From NCBI GenBank assembly GCA_048013815.1, contig CM106585.1, positions 7,502,001 through 7,566,000 of the forward strand: 64,000 nt of DNA, given 5' to 3'. Position 1 is the stretch's first letter. Each line of letters opens with the position of its first letter. The DNA is from Setoptus koraiensis (Eukaryota > Animalia > Arthropoda). Below, one piece after another: positions 1 to 12,429 of the stretch. The notes beneath the pieces are model-generated. The model worked only from the letters and a program-made list of their open reading frames with translations, was not told the origin of the DNA and ran no database searches. Made by a program: the position numbers and the translations under genes.

Positions 1-2423
1 CTATCAAACAGCTTCGAGCTTCATACTTTTCCTTTTCCATACACAGGTGAATCTCAGGCAAACTCAGCAGTTGAGTCGCGATGGTTGCTTCTATTATTTG
101 CATGACTTAAACACTAAAACCGCCCACTCCTTTACTCTTTTTTTATTATTAGCAATGTCCATTTACTTTATTCGTTTCATCTCTAAATCTAACTTGACTC
201 AACCTAGCTTAATCACAACCAGACTGCCACCTGTTTCTGGCTTTCACACTCGCTTCTCTGCTGTGTCTGAGTCGGTGTAGTTGTAGTTGTATCGGTTTAA
301 TCCAGAAATAAATGGAAGAAAATTAGCACACACACACACTCAAGGAGTGAGAGCGAGAGAGAAAGTAGTCTAATGAACTCGGATACGGACAATCAACTAT
401 TTTTATCCCCTTGCCTCGGCGTTGTTCGTCTTTCACTTAGATCGCACTGGCCGAATACAAACAACTCATATGAGCAACCGCAGTTGCTGTTGATGGGTAT
501 TAGTCCGAGCCGCCTGCTGTCTCGTCGCTAATATTTAATGCAGGCAAACTAATGTGTGTCGCCGTCTAATTTATTATTATATAACTCGCTATTGGTAAGT
601 ACGCCAGTAATGAGCAACAGGCCAGTTATTGCCGTTACGTAATGCTGCAGCAAGCGCCAACATTAGCTACTTCTACTTGTTGCATCTTGAAAGTCATTGA
701 CCGAAGCGAACTCTTCATCAAGATCAAACGGTTGTATAAGGTGAGTAGTGTTAGTTGTTGTCTTCCACACATACGCGCCATCTATATTGCGTCACGCAAA
801 AGAGATAAAAAGTTACTACAAGAACATACCGAGGCATCCTGTGTGTTCAACTCACAAGAGGCTTATTGTCGTTGTCGGCAACAACAACTCTCATCTATCG
901 AATAGCCATAGAACAGCTATCGTGAAGAAGAACAGAGGTTCACTTAGCATCATGATTTAGTTGCTCTTCATCTATACTGTTGAATGCATCTATGATTATT
1001 CTATCATCATGAATAGCGGGATGTTGCAAAAAATAATGGTGATATAATCAGTCTAGCCGATTCTATCTAATGATGAGACTGTCTGTCCATTTTAGAACCT
1101 TGGCTTTGGGGTAACTGAGCCGATTTTTCAGATTGTACCGACTTGGGACTCCAAAGTTGGGAGATTTTCCTCTTCCTGCCGGCATAAGTATCGCAGCGTC
1201 TGCTGTTATGAGTGCTTCCTAAAAAATGAGGCTTTTTCGTTTGTTTTTTCGAAGCATTTATATTCACTATTCGTATCATTGTTCGTGCAAACTAGCAATC
1301 AATTAAATTCATTTGTCGACCCTTTTTTTTGCTTTTTCAAGCTAGCTGCTAGCACAAAATCCACTAATACCACCAGGCTAATAAGTCCATTAGCACTTGA
1401 CTTATTGGCCTATAGACTCGAAATTTGTTGGCGGAGTCCTCGCATCTTTGACTCTCAAACTAGATCGTGCATTTGGTTTATATCTTGTTTCGAATCTGGG
1501 AATAGAGGTTCCGCCACTCTTGAAAAGACATACTAAATACTGCTTATTCGATTTTATGCTGCCGATTATGCTGCTGATTTTATAAAACTAATGCAACCTA
1601 TTGCCTACAATATATTCATATTCATTTTTATCATGCGACTGATGCCTCTACATATCAAAGCTGATGAACCATACATATTTAGTCGAGGTTGGCGAAATTT
1701 GTCTACGCTCAAACATTATATTTCACCTCGCGCCACGGAAAACTCTATTGAAAGGAGAGAAAGTCGTCGGACGGTTGAATTAAATTCTGAATATGTTCGG
1801 GAGATGGGAACATTAAATCAAAAAATAGTAATCCACTCTTGCATTAATCAACCCGTGAAAGCTCGGCCTCAGTCAGGTAAAGAAAGAGGGCCAACTCTGA
1901 TATCTGAACTCGATATTGCTATAGTACTAATGATAGTAATACAATTTTATGGTACAACTGTAAAAAGTGCTAATAGATCTAGATAGTTAGAAGGAAAACA
2001 AATCAAAGATGAGCTGTCTGTGTGAGATGTAAGTGAAACACGAAATCTTCTGGTTGCATTTTTTGCTTCTGCATTTATTTTGTTTGTATATCTAAACACA
2101 ATATGCTCTATTAAACCATTGACTAATGTGGAGTCCGACAATGTCTAGTTATAATGATTTTCAACATCTCCATCGGGGCTCTATTTGAAGATAATATTTT
2201 TGTTGGGATTGCGAAATAGATGACAAAGATTAGTTGTGTGCAATGAGCAATAGCAGTCAATGGCAGTTGATAGCAGAAAGTAGAATTAGAGCAAGTTAAG
2301 ATGCTAATAATTGCAAGCATAACAGTTACGTTATAAAACTAATTGAATCGTACTCATCATGCACATATAACATTAATAATTATATTATTAATTATATCAT
2401 CTATATAATATATGAATATAATA

Positions 2424-2584
2424 TTATACAAATAAGAAGCGAGGCCTACTTTTGCAAAATCTTCTATGCCTAGACCAGTCGCTAATGCGACACTTCAAGC
2501 TACAGTAGTAGGATTGATAGCATATATTGCATTTGATATTGGCTAAACGTCCGCACTCAGCTGAACAATATAGCGATGGCAAAA
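2424..2584 (-). CDS. Terminal exon encoding a MYND-type zinc finger; upstream exons not resolved
   Basis: CSAECGRLANIKCNICYQSYYCSLKCRISDWSRHRRFC fits the MYND pattern (C..C...C..C..YCS..C...DW..H...C); preceded on the minus strand by a tttgcag acceptor ending at 2585. Confidence 0.6.
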
Positions 2585-3540
2585 CTGCAAAGTGGTAATT
2601 GTGATAGAAATGATACGATTGTTGTGTTGTGCTCGATGGATAACGGCGTGTATGCAATTGGGCGCAGATAAAACGGTGGTGATGGTGATGTGATTGTTGT
2701 GATTGGTGCGATGATGTTTTGGGTTTCGGTTATTTTGGAGTTTCGGAATTTCGGTTATTTTGGAGTTCGAATTGGAGTTGGTTTTGGTCGTGTTGACAAA
2801 TCGGGTGAGTAAGATGAGCGAAAGGGACGAGAGATAAGAGAGAATGGGGAGCCTCGTTAGCCACTATTCCAAAGCCTAATTACTGAGTAACAACACTTGC
2901 CTATCATTACAATAATGAACACATGACACGAATAATATGTACGCATTGTTGTCTATATCTACTGACGTCTGTTTTGTAATCATCTAGACCAATTGTTGTT
3001 GACATTGATGCTTGAACCAGCAATAACAATCTGTCCTTCACATATGCCAAACATATTCTTTCATTCTCATTCATATTATAACTCGACAATACCTGTAGTA
3101 TTAATGACCATAACAAGTATATATGACTTTAACTACTTACTAATCTTCGTTCTATCACTAGTCATGTCATTTTGGGGCGATCTGAATGATGCGTTGACAT
3201 TGGAACGAGCTCTATAGTCGTTTGTGGAATGAAATAATGCATCTAATTATATCGTGCACACGGATGAATGGTTTGTCGGATTACAAGCAACGACAATATA
3301 TGTATAATTGCATATGTTGAGGTGAGGATCAATCATTGATATCATCGAAAGATGTTGTGAGAAGCAGAGAAAGGATAAGGATAGAAGAAGGGAGAATATG
3401 GTTATTATGTGTGCTTTTGTGTCAGATTGAATGAACTAACGCTGTGTTTAACCGCTGTGTGTCACTCCTAACACCAAGACTAGCACCCCGAATAATAAAC
3501 TAGCGAGTTAGCGAATAATTAAACTAGAGCAATTGTGATA

Positions 3541-6500
3541 TTATCGCTTCTTAAAGGTGGCACTGAATAGGCGCTTGGCACCAGATATCACGCCCGTCTT
3601 GACTGATTCCGGCGCACACGCAGCCGGAATTAGTAGTTTGGTCTGGCCAGCGAGGTTGTTTTTCGCTGCACCGGAAGTGGTGTGCCTGTCTGGTGCTAGT
3701 CTCGTGTGTTTAGCTGTTGTCTCTTGTAGTTGTCTTATATTATTGCTAGTGATTGTTTTTTTACCATTTAAATTATTGTCGCTAATTGATGCGCTCATCA
3801 GGCCTCCTTTTGTTCCATAAACATTAATGGATGGCAGTCTGTTTCTTCCGGGCGCGCCCGCTGTTCTGTTCGGCCCGGTGGCTCCGCTTGATCTAGACCT
3901 GTAGCGAGTGCTTGCTGTCACATTGTCGCCCACCATCAATCTGTTCGTGCCACTACCGCGAATAGCTCCGTAGCGCGGTGTGTCGCCCGATGTGGTATTT
4001 CTCAGCCGACCCCTAGAGGCAATAGTGCCTTGCGACAGTGTTGAGGCACCACCGCTACCCAGCGATTGTGACGATTGTCTGGGCCGGCCCTTGTACGGAT
4101 AAATGGCCGTCTCTTGATCTGGTATGTTGAGCTTGAGAAAGACACCCTGAGTGGGATACACCTGATGCAAGACAGCGTTGTCCTCGTTCTCCGACAGCAG
4201 TCTATAAGTCTCTGTGACAAACTTAAATCTGTTCTTTCTCAAACTGGACAATGATATATCTGTCGAGGTGGCTATGACATTGCGCAACTCGGCCAACGTT
4301 ATGCGTCTCTTTTGTGGCAACTCAATACGAGCTATGCACTCCTTTCTGGCATTAAAATGACCATCGTGCACTATATAAATAAAATATTTTCTATTTTTCA
4401 TCACCCTATCCAATTCTATTTCTGTGTCTATTGTTGAGCCCCTTTCGTCGTCCATATCACTAGCATTGGGATCGTTTCTGGCATAATCAATCTTGAATCT
4501 GCTCTCGATTATTTCACTAGGCGATATAACCATCATCTGCTGCTGCTGCTGTTGCGATCCGCCGTCACTCGAATGCTGCTGCTGCTGACTAGACTGATTA
4601 GCAGCACCGCCAATTAAATTCAAAATACCCGATATGGCACCATGGCCACCGGAAGCTTGTTGCTTTTGCTGGTGTTGTTGTTGTTGTTGTTTTTGCTGCT
4701 GCTGCTGCTGTTGTTGTTGCTGTTGTTGACCAACTACAGCCACTCCTTCCATTGTGACCCAACCGTCAGAATCGCTTGTATCGCCCGCCATCTTCTCATT
4801 TGTAAATTTGATTTTGCCCACGACACTCTTGTCTCTCACATCAACAATCTCAAGATCTGTCTTGCGTCGGTCTAATTTGTTCACCACCGTCGGATGATGA
4901 CCAACACCGCCGTGGCCCACTGTAGATTCACTTGTTTGCTGATGCTCTTTCAGAGAAATGTCTTGGTCTTGCTCGCCACTTTGTTCCGCTGCCATCGTTG
5001 TCGTTTGCACATTAGACTCTTGCTTCTTCAGTATAGACACCGGGCCTCGTTTTGCATTTCCGGCTGACGTTTGTGAGCCGGCTGTTTGCTTGTCCGTTGC
5101 AACTGTCTGTTGTGGCCCGTCGTTGTTGTTGTTGTCGTCTTGTTGTGAAACAGCTTTCTTGGGGCTCTTCTTATCCATGCTAGACGATTTGCCACTATTG
5201 TGATGACTCGAAGCGCTCGAATGTTTGCCACTAGTCGATTGTGAGGCCCGCGCAACCTCGATCAGAGGGTTCGGTGTGGGCCTCTCCTCGGGATTGTCGT
5301 CGTTGTTGGGATCAGATGAGCGAATTGAGTTGACAAGAGCAGCGGGCAACTCTATAGAGTCAACCGAGTTTATTTTAACCATTTTGCCGCCTTCATCGGT
5401 CGTCTCGGATTTTTTGTCAGACAATGGTGTCTTCGTTGCTTCTTGCATATCGTTGATTGTTGTTTTCGATTTGCCAGTGTCTCCATTCAGTCTTGACTGC
5501 TCATTTGTATTGAATAATACTTTTTCAACCATATTGACGCGCTCGCTTATATCCCGCAATTCATCGGCATTGTTCGCCCGCTGATTGTCATTGTTGATGG
5601 ATTTGTTTTTGTTGCTTTTGTCACCAGTGTTGGTCTCATTGATAGTCATAGAAATAGTCCCTTTTCTGTCCAATTTTTCCTCAAACATATCACCACTCTT
5701 TGTATGCTGCTCATTGTTAGCGCCAGAAGGTGTCTCTTTAAACTGAATCATAACTGTGTTGTCGTTGTTGATCTTGTTCAGTTTGTTAATTTGGTCTCTA
5801 TCAGCTTGCTGTTTTACATCTAAACCAGCACTACCGATTTCCATCGATTGTGCCAAATTGTTGTTTGTTTCCGTGGGCTGCACGATTGCCATGGCTTTGT
5901 TGTTTGCATTCATCATAGATGTGTACTCTCTCGATAATTGTCTCTTTGGCTTAGCTGGGGCACCATTATTTGGCGAGCCATCATTCTTTGTCGTGTTCAT
6001 CGCACCATCCATAATAATCACCGAGTCGCCAACGCTTTGCGCCAGTTTGCCTACATGATTGTCGTTCTGCACCATAATGGCCTGATCTAATTTATTCATC
6101 ATGGCTGGGTTTCCACGTACTTCGTGTTCGGTGGTGGATGCAAATCCAACCGATTCGTGCAGTCCACTGGTGACCGTGCCCATGATCTTCTTGTTCGCAT
6201 CATTTATCAAGCCACTTGCCAGATTAGTAGCGGCCGTGCTGGATCTCGTTTCTATTTCGTCCAACAAAGCTGGTCGTAGTGTCGTAACGGAAGATCCTGT
6301 TGACGTTTTATCCAATCGGGTATTGCCACTTGTTGTATCAATGGTAGAGTTGTTACTCGTACTTGCCGCATTGAGTTTTGCACCGCCTAGTCTAGTCAAT
6401 TTCGATGATGTTTTGTCACCGCTTGAATTAGCCCCAGTAGTATCTTTGTTGGGTGGCGACGAGGACGAGCTAGATTGAGGTGTTGCAGCTTGAGCTTGCC

Positions 6501-7464
6501 CTGTGAATAAAAGGAGGAGAGAAACAGATTGAGTATTGTGATAGACATGCATAGTTAGCCTAAAAAGATGACCGTTTTTCCACTGAGAACGCGCCGAAAA
6601 ATCGTTTTTTTTTCTTCCAGGAAATAACTCTTAAAAAAGCGCTCCAGATAATTGGGGCGAAAAATGATCGCCCTTTTCTCTGCTTTCATTCTTTGGGAAC
6701 GAGTGCTTACTTTTTTTGTACGCGCGCCAGCAATGGATTGCAAATATCGCTATTATGGTGACAACAATCACAATGTTAGACAATATAACCAACATTTCAA
6801 CTAGCGACAACAAGCCGTCTGGTCGTGTAAATAGTGACCAATGTTCACCAGCAAACTGATGGCGACCTTGATTGCCCGTCGATTTGCCAGTGGTATAACG
6901 AGGACCCAAAACTGTCTGAGGGGTTCTCCTTTGGTAGAGGGCTTGATTAATATTGGCCACTGTTGTGGGCCACAACAATAAATTTGTTGGCACTGGCGGC
7001 TGCCGAAAAACTGGCTTGTATAACTTGGCATTGGGCAATTGACTGGCTTCGGTGCTGATGTTAACTTTCTGTTTAGATCTACCACTATGTTTGTCTTCTT
7101 CTTTAGAACTGGAGGGCGCTTGATTATTGTTTTGTGACACTTTTGCCGCTGAAACGGAAGGCTGCACTTGCTGTTTACTGGCAGACTGATCGCTGGAACT
7201 TTTTGTTATAGGAATTCGTGAAGGAGTTAAAAACTTCACTGATGTGACCGTGGTTGTTGTAGATGGGGCCAATTTTGTGCTACTCGTCGCCATCGTTGTC
7301 GGTGTTGATGACGATAACGTAGTGGTCTCCATCGTTTTATTTGATGCAGTTCTAATTGCATTGGCAGCTGATGTTGAGGCCGTCTTGAAGAGAGCGCCCA
7401 CGAAAACGTTCGTCTCATTGGAAGATGTGAGATTTTTTTTCTCAAAGAATTCGCCCAGTCTCAT
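3541..7464 (-). CDS. Large single-pass membrane protein: S/T-rich ectodomain, TM helix, long N/Q/S-rich cytoplasmic tail with one globular domain; intron 6501..6710
   Basis: ORF 6631..7464 ends in a TM segment (LVILSNIVIVVTIIAIFAIHCW) followed by RAYKK; phase-1 donor A|GTAAGC at 6710 matches phase-1 acceptor ttattcacag at 6501, joining it in frame to the 1003-aa ORF; globular block KYFIYIVHDG...QGVFLKLNIP. Confidence 0.65.
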
Positions 7465-7477
7465 CTTTGCGATTCGA

Positions 7478-8104
7478 TTAGCTGTTTATTTTGCTATCAT
7501 CAGCCTGTAAAGTGTTGTTTTCGGGAACCTCTTTCACAACTTTTTGATAGTTTGATATTGTGTTGGTCGGTTGTGCTGGCTTCGGTGTAGTTGTTGTTGT
7601 TGTAGTTGTTGATGTTGTAGAAGTTGTTGTTGTGCTAGTTGTTGTAGTTGCAGCAGCTTGCTTTTTTCTGGCCACACTGATAGTGGGCCACCTTTGGGGC
7701 CTCTGCGGACCTACACGGGCTATGGGTATCCGTCTGTAACTAGGTGGCGTTGTTGTGGTTTTTATTTGGGTATCACTAACTATATTATGTGGTCGGACTG
7801 TGTTAGTGTCAGCATTGGTGGTAATGGTGAAATCATTATTGTTAGTCGTTATTGTTGTTTGTCGGTTGTTGAAAATTGTAGATTTTGCTAATAATCGATT
7901 GTTGTTAAATCGTAAAACTGTTTCATTCTCTTGTGCTAATCTTTTCTTGGCTTGATTAGATGCAGTGATTGTAGAAAAATTAGTTATATTTATCTGTTTT
8001 CGCTGTTGTAGCATGGTGTCGGCGACGATGGTTTTATTGATTGTTGAGACACTCGGATTGCTTTGTAAAGTTGTCAATCTCGAGGCTGTTCTAGGCTCAG
8101 CCAT
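7478..8104 (-). CDS. Thr-rich mucin-like segment, probably an upstream part of the same membrane-protein gene (junction unresolved)
   Basis: 208-aa ORF with poly-Thr tracts, same strand, ending 14 bp before the next ORF in a different frame; no clean splice pair found. Confidence 0.4.
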   Translation of the reverse strand: MAEPRTASRLTTLQSNPSVSTINKTIVADTMLQQRKQINITNFSTITASNQAKKRLAQENETVLRFNNNRLLAKSTIFNNRQTTITTNNNDFTITTNADTNTVRPHNIVSDTQIKTTTTPPSYRRIPIARVGPQRPQRWPTISVARKKQAAATTTTSTTTTSTTSTTTTTTTTPKPAQPTNTISNYQKVVKEVPENNTLQADDSKINS

Positions 8105-8429
8105 AATGCCAGATGACGATTTACACGATACCTTTCAATTATTCTCTCGATTGTCGCATGATGCTTCCGATGTGATAATCCTTAAGACACTTGACTGGAC
8201 TTGACTCGTTCACTAAGTTGATCCTCCCGCGATGATGGTTTTTGCTAGGGATAAGATTTCATCTAACTAAAATCCACCCTTTTAACGATTGATTAAATTC
8301 AGATCATTATTATTGCACGTGGCATTGGAAAAATCTCTTCCTGAACCACTTTTATGAGGGGCTGGTTGACCATGGTAAATAGGATAAATTTGCATATTTA
8401 TCTATTTTTGTCAACTCCTTTTTTGACAT

Positions 8430-8567
8430 TCAACACCGAAAAATTGAAGTACTACAACTCGCCAATGACTGCACATGCAGTTTTGAGCATTTAGTTGGCA
8501 TGCAAGTGCCCAAACGTAATTTTGTGTAGTAGAAATATTGAGCTTTCTTAGCAAAATGATTGAATAG
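8430..8567 (-). CDS. Possible exon with an NRF-6 N-terminal-domain-like motif
   Basis: After a ccattttcag acceptor the frame reads LFNHFAKKAQYFYYTKLRLGTCMPTKCSKLHVQSLASC, resembling the LG.C.P..CS...V..L motif of NRF domains; short match only. Confidence 0.3.
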   Translation of the reverse strand, partial: LFNHFAKKAQYFYYTKLRLGTCMPTKCSKLHVQSLASCSTSIFRC

Positions 8568-10953
8568 CTGAAAATGGATTGATTTAAAATCGATGATGAT
8601 TTGATTGACAGTTCATCTGAGCGGCGTTTGGTGTTTTGTTTGACATAGTAGATTTACATTGTTGTTATGTCACCAGAAACAAACATTAACATTAACAATT
8701 GTCGTAGGAGGAAATAGAAAAGAGTGTTGTTATATGATGATTAATCATTAGTTAAAGTCAGTTCATGCTTGTCTGTTGTTGTTGATGGATAATCGTTGCT
8801 ACAAAATGTCGAACACGGACATACATTCTTGAGGTTTATGTTTGTAACTCATGGGATGAATTGTTTGTTTTCTCGTGGGTCGTCTGACAATCTAGATGAA
8901 TTTTCTCTAGATTGTTGGTATTCCTTTCGATTCTTTCACTGTAGCTACAGTCAACATTTTTTCTCTTGAATTGACAAACTTGATGCGAGTTGACAAAACT
9001 TCCTAGTTAAGAAAAGAACACAGAGTCCGTGCCTGAAGCGAAACTGTTTCGCTGACCTATCTAACAAGACGATCCGAACGAACATTTACTTTTTGATTCA
9101 ATAATTCCAGTCGTTGCACAGTGTTGCGTGGGACACATTTGCATACAATATATAGGGCATTACGTTTTTTGCGTTGCACCAGCGACCCGCAGACATGCGG
9201 ACTGTCGCACGAGTTTACGAGAGCTTACCGAAAAACAAGGAGTAGCCTTGAATGAGTGTGTCAACCTCAGGCCAGCCACCACCACAGAACATATTTTCTA
9301 TTTGACGTTGTGGCTGGTGCTGACCAGTTCACATAAAACAAGAGGGGAAAAAAGGAAGGCTCTAGAAAGAGATTACGGCTAACGGTTAAATCAGCAGCGC
9401 AAACAGCAGCGAGACTGGCCCGAAATTTGTGCTCTGTGAACTGCTCAGATTGTAATTAGCCTAGATTGTATTTTGCGCCCACCATTAGCGCCATCGCGGT
9501 TGCTAGCAAAACTGGTCCTCTTCATTTTGCCCGTCTCCCCTCTGCTCCCCTCCCACCGCAAAAGTAGCTCGTAGTACGTGAGCACGTGCTTCCAATTTTT
9601 CGCTAGCTTCTGGTGTTCAGCTAAAATGTGGTGTTCATAGAGAGGCAGCGTATGGTCGCTTCTGCTGTTGTGTAGTTAGATAAACTAATGACCCAAACTA
9701 AACTTAATGGTAACTTTAATATATCTCTCCCTCTATCTCCCTTTCGATATTATTCAAAGGCTGCTCAATCATAAGTGAGGCCACTCAAACGACATCGTCA
9801 ACATTATCACCAAAAAGGCCAGCTCAGGTGAGTCAGCTTTGTGTACGCGCAATGCTAATCGCTGCACCTAGCGCTCAGATAATAATGTATGCGTTACTGT
9901 TCGCCGGATATAGAGACGGTGAGACAGAAAGATCCTCATTATAAGTGCTGGGTATTGTAATTTTTAGTGCGTGACGAGACACACACACACTCTGGCGATG
10001 GTTGAAAAACCATGCAAACGCAGCGGAATAGAAATATTTCAGTTGTGCACTATTCAGTCAGTCGGTCAGTTATGTGTTTTTGCTTGTGTCTGTTCAATAT
10101 TGTCCAGCCTCTAACGTGAGAGCGTTTGCTTTGAGTAACGTTGACTTGCAGTTAACGGTTTGTCAATTGTCAACCAGCCGAAAAAGGATCCACCTGACAC
10201 GGGCAAATTACGCATGCACAAACACAAACGTATTAATAGCCCTGCCAGAGGCGACAAAAATACGCGCGATTCTTCCTCTCTCTACACGATCAGACGAGCG
10301 GAGAACTCACCCACCACCGCCCGGTTATCACAAGCGGATCAAAGTTGCCCTTTGTATGTGTCTGACGATGCGAGCCCGGCTTGTCCGTGCGATTCTCCTG
10401 CGACCATCGGACGAAACGGATCTAAATCTATACTGAATGGGTGGCAGACTAATTACAATTCATTTAGAAAATTTCCATGGTGGCAGAAACGAGACAATAG
10501 AAGTTAGCTAAATATATTTTTTATCGAACTACACATGGATGATAATATCAATGACAGTGGTAATCATATAATAGCAATAATAGTAATAATAGTGATTACT
10601 ATCGTAAATGGTTTTGCCAGCGCGAAATTGCAGGTAGAAGCATTCTTTTATTGAGACGATTGGTGGTTGCTGCAACGTCTTAGGAGGATTTGAGAACTCT
10701 TGTTGGTGATTAGGTTGGTTGATGTTCAGTGAATATAAACCAAACAATATCACGATTGCCGGCATCTTTGCGGGGTGATTTTCACTGCGCTTGCGGTGGT
10801 TCACTGTTAAGTTAGTTATTGGTGTGGTCGGTGGGCAATGGCGGCAGGGACAAATGGCCGATGTTAGCTGGTCAGAGTACCTCTCCCTGCTAAATTTGGG
10901 CAATAAGTTAAAGAGGAGTGTACGGAAATGAAATATACGTTGGAGGTACGACC

Positions 10954-12429
10954 TTATCCATCGTTCGATTGGGGTGGCGGTTTCTCATTGCTAGTCATTT
11001 GCTTTCTTTGGGGTGGCCAAAGTTTCGCATCGAATTTTGCCTTGAACTCACTAATTAGAACGGCCTCGAAATTTTCATCACTATACTTGGTGTCGAGGCC
11101 CTTTTCCAACTCCGTAGCTAACGACAATCCCTTCTCGAAGAGTTTATGGAAATATGGTATCCTCTTTCCATCTCTTAGTAGGGAAGCTTTTAATAGATCT
11201 GTGTGCTTGCAATTCTCACTTGCTGCGTTGATCCCAGCTAATAGACACCACAGTTCTTTGTTTGTCGCATTACTTAGAGAAGAATAAAATCTTTTGTCTA
11301 TAAGACGAGCATACTTTCCCATAGATAGATCGAGTTGAACTGGTTCGAAAATTGCGATTAATAACAACCTAACACAATTTTCAAACTGTTTCATGAGCGT
11401 CGCATTTTTCATATCCTTAATGCTAGCCCTCAACCAGCAAATTGCTACGTAAAAAGGTAGTTTAAAGTTTAGTTTGAAAGTGAGTTTAAATACCGCCATA
11501 TCAGTCCAATCTAAAGGCAATCGTATTGCATATTGATGGAAAATCTCACGTTTCCTATACGAATAAGCGTCATACACACCTTTTCGGTTGGCATCTTGCG
11601 AATGAAAGAAGTAGATAACATCAGCGAGTGTGCTCTTGAAAGGTGCGTAATCTTCTCTGGCTATAGCTTGGTAAGATTCGATAAATTTCTCACTTATCAG
11701 AGGGAATGATGGAGGCCAAGCAGTACGTACGAAAAAACCAAATCTATTGAATAAAAGTCCTTGCAGATGTTTCATAGAATTGTATCTCGATTTCGTTAGA
11801 ATTCTAAAGCTGGCCATACTAAACAGGGCAAAGAATGCAATAGAGTCTTGTTTGTGTGATATATCCGAGTACCACTCATTGAATCGTTTATCATCTACTT
11901 CTACAGTTCCTGCGGTGTAACATTTCGATTCCGGAATATTGATCTCCTTTTTGCAATTAAAGTCTACCTCCATTCTAGTAGATAGATTTTCTGGTATAAT
12001 CAGTTCTCTGACGGGTCCTCTCCTAGGAGACTCTATCATCTTGCGTCCGTGAGTCGCGTTGTAATCCGTATTGAACAGATCTGGAGCCAACTGCAACATC
12101 AAGTTCATCAATATTGCGAAACTCGAATCCTTCACTTCTGTGTTCAAAGTGGCATGGAAGTTGTGGAAATAAATCAGTAGTTGCTCGTCGGTTATCTCTT
12201 TTCGTAGCTCGTATTTCGGTATATCCTCTATACAATAGTCCATCCAAACTAATTCTTCATTTGGATCGAATTTAGACCAATATTTCTCAGTAGATTTGTT
12301 GTAAGGTGGTGTTTCCGACGACGAGCTAGGGCTACTTGAATCATTTTTTGGGTCGCCACCAGAATTGATTTTCGGGTCTTCATTTAGGCTCCTTTCATCT
12401 TGGTTTGGTTCTGGAACTTGTTCTGCCAT
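10954..12429 (-). CDS. Plant-rhabdovirus-like nucleocapsid (N) protein, endogenous viral element copy A, 491 aa, intact and intronless
   Basis: Collinear N motifs: WMDYCIEDIPKY (W.D..L..I..Y), FSMASFRILTKS (A...RL.TK), LPLDWTDMAVFKL (cf. F.Y.GMHAY.L), KYARLIDKRFYSSLSNATNKELWCLLAGI (YAR..D..YF..LQ...C..L...LA); length typical of N. Confidence 0.78.
   Translation of the reverse strand: MAEQVPEPNQDERSLNEDPKINSGGDPKNDSSSPSSSSETPPYNKSTEKYWSKFDPNEELVWMDYCIEDIPKYELRKEITDEQLLIYFHNFHATLNTEVKDSSFAILMNLMLQLAPDLFNTDYNATHGRKMIESPRRGPVRELIIPENLSTRMEVDFNCKKEINIPESKCYTAGTVEVDDKRFNEWYSDISHKQDSIAFFALFSMASFRILTKSRYNSMKHLQGLLFNRFGFFVRTAWPPSFPLISEKFIESYQAIAREDYAPFKSTLADVIYFFHSQDANRKGVYDAYSYRKREIFHQYAIRLPLDWTDMAVFKLTFKLNFKLPFYVAICWLRASIKDMKNATLMKQFENCVRLLLIAIFEPVQLDLSMGKYARLIDKRFYSSLSNATNKELWCLLAGINAASENCKHTDLLKASLLRDGKRIPYFHKLFEKGLSLATELEKGLDTKYSDENFEAVLISEFKAKFDAKLWPPQRKQMTSNEKPPPQSNDG

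Noticed and set aside
47-2320. Short ORFs, a strong acceptor at 44-46 and a donor at about 741 at the window start
   Set aside because: Could be fragments of a gene starting outside the window, but no coherent model or recognisable domain could be built.
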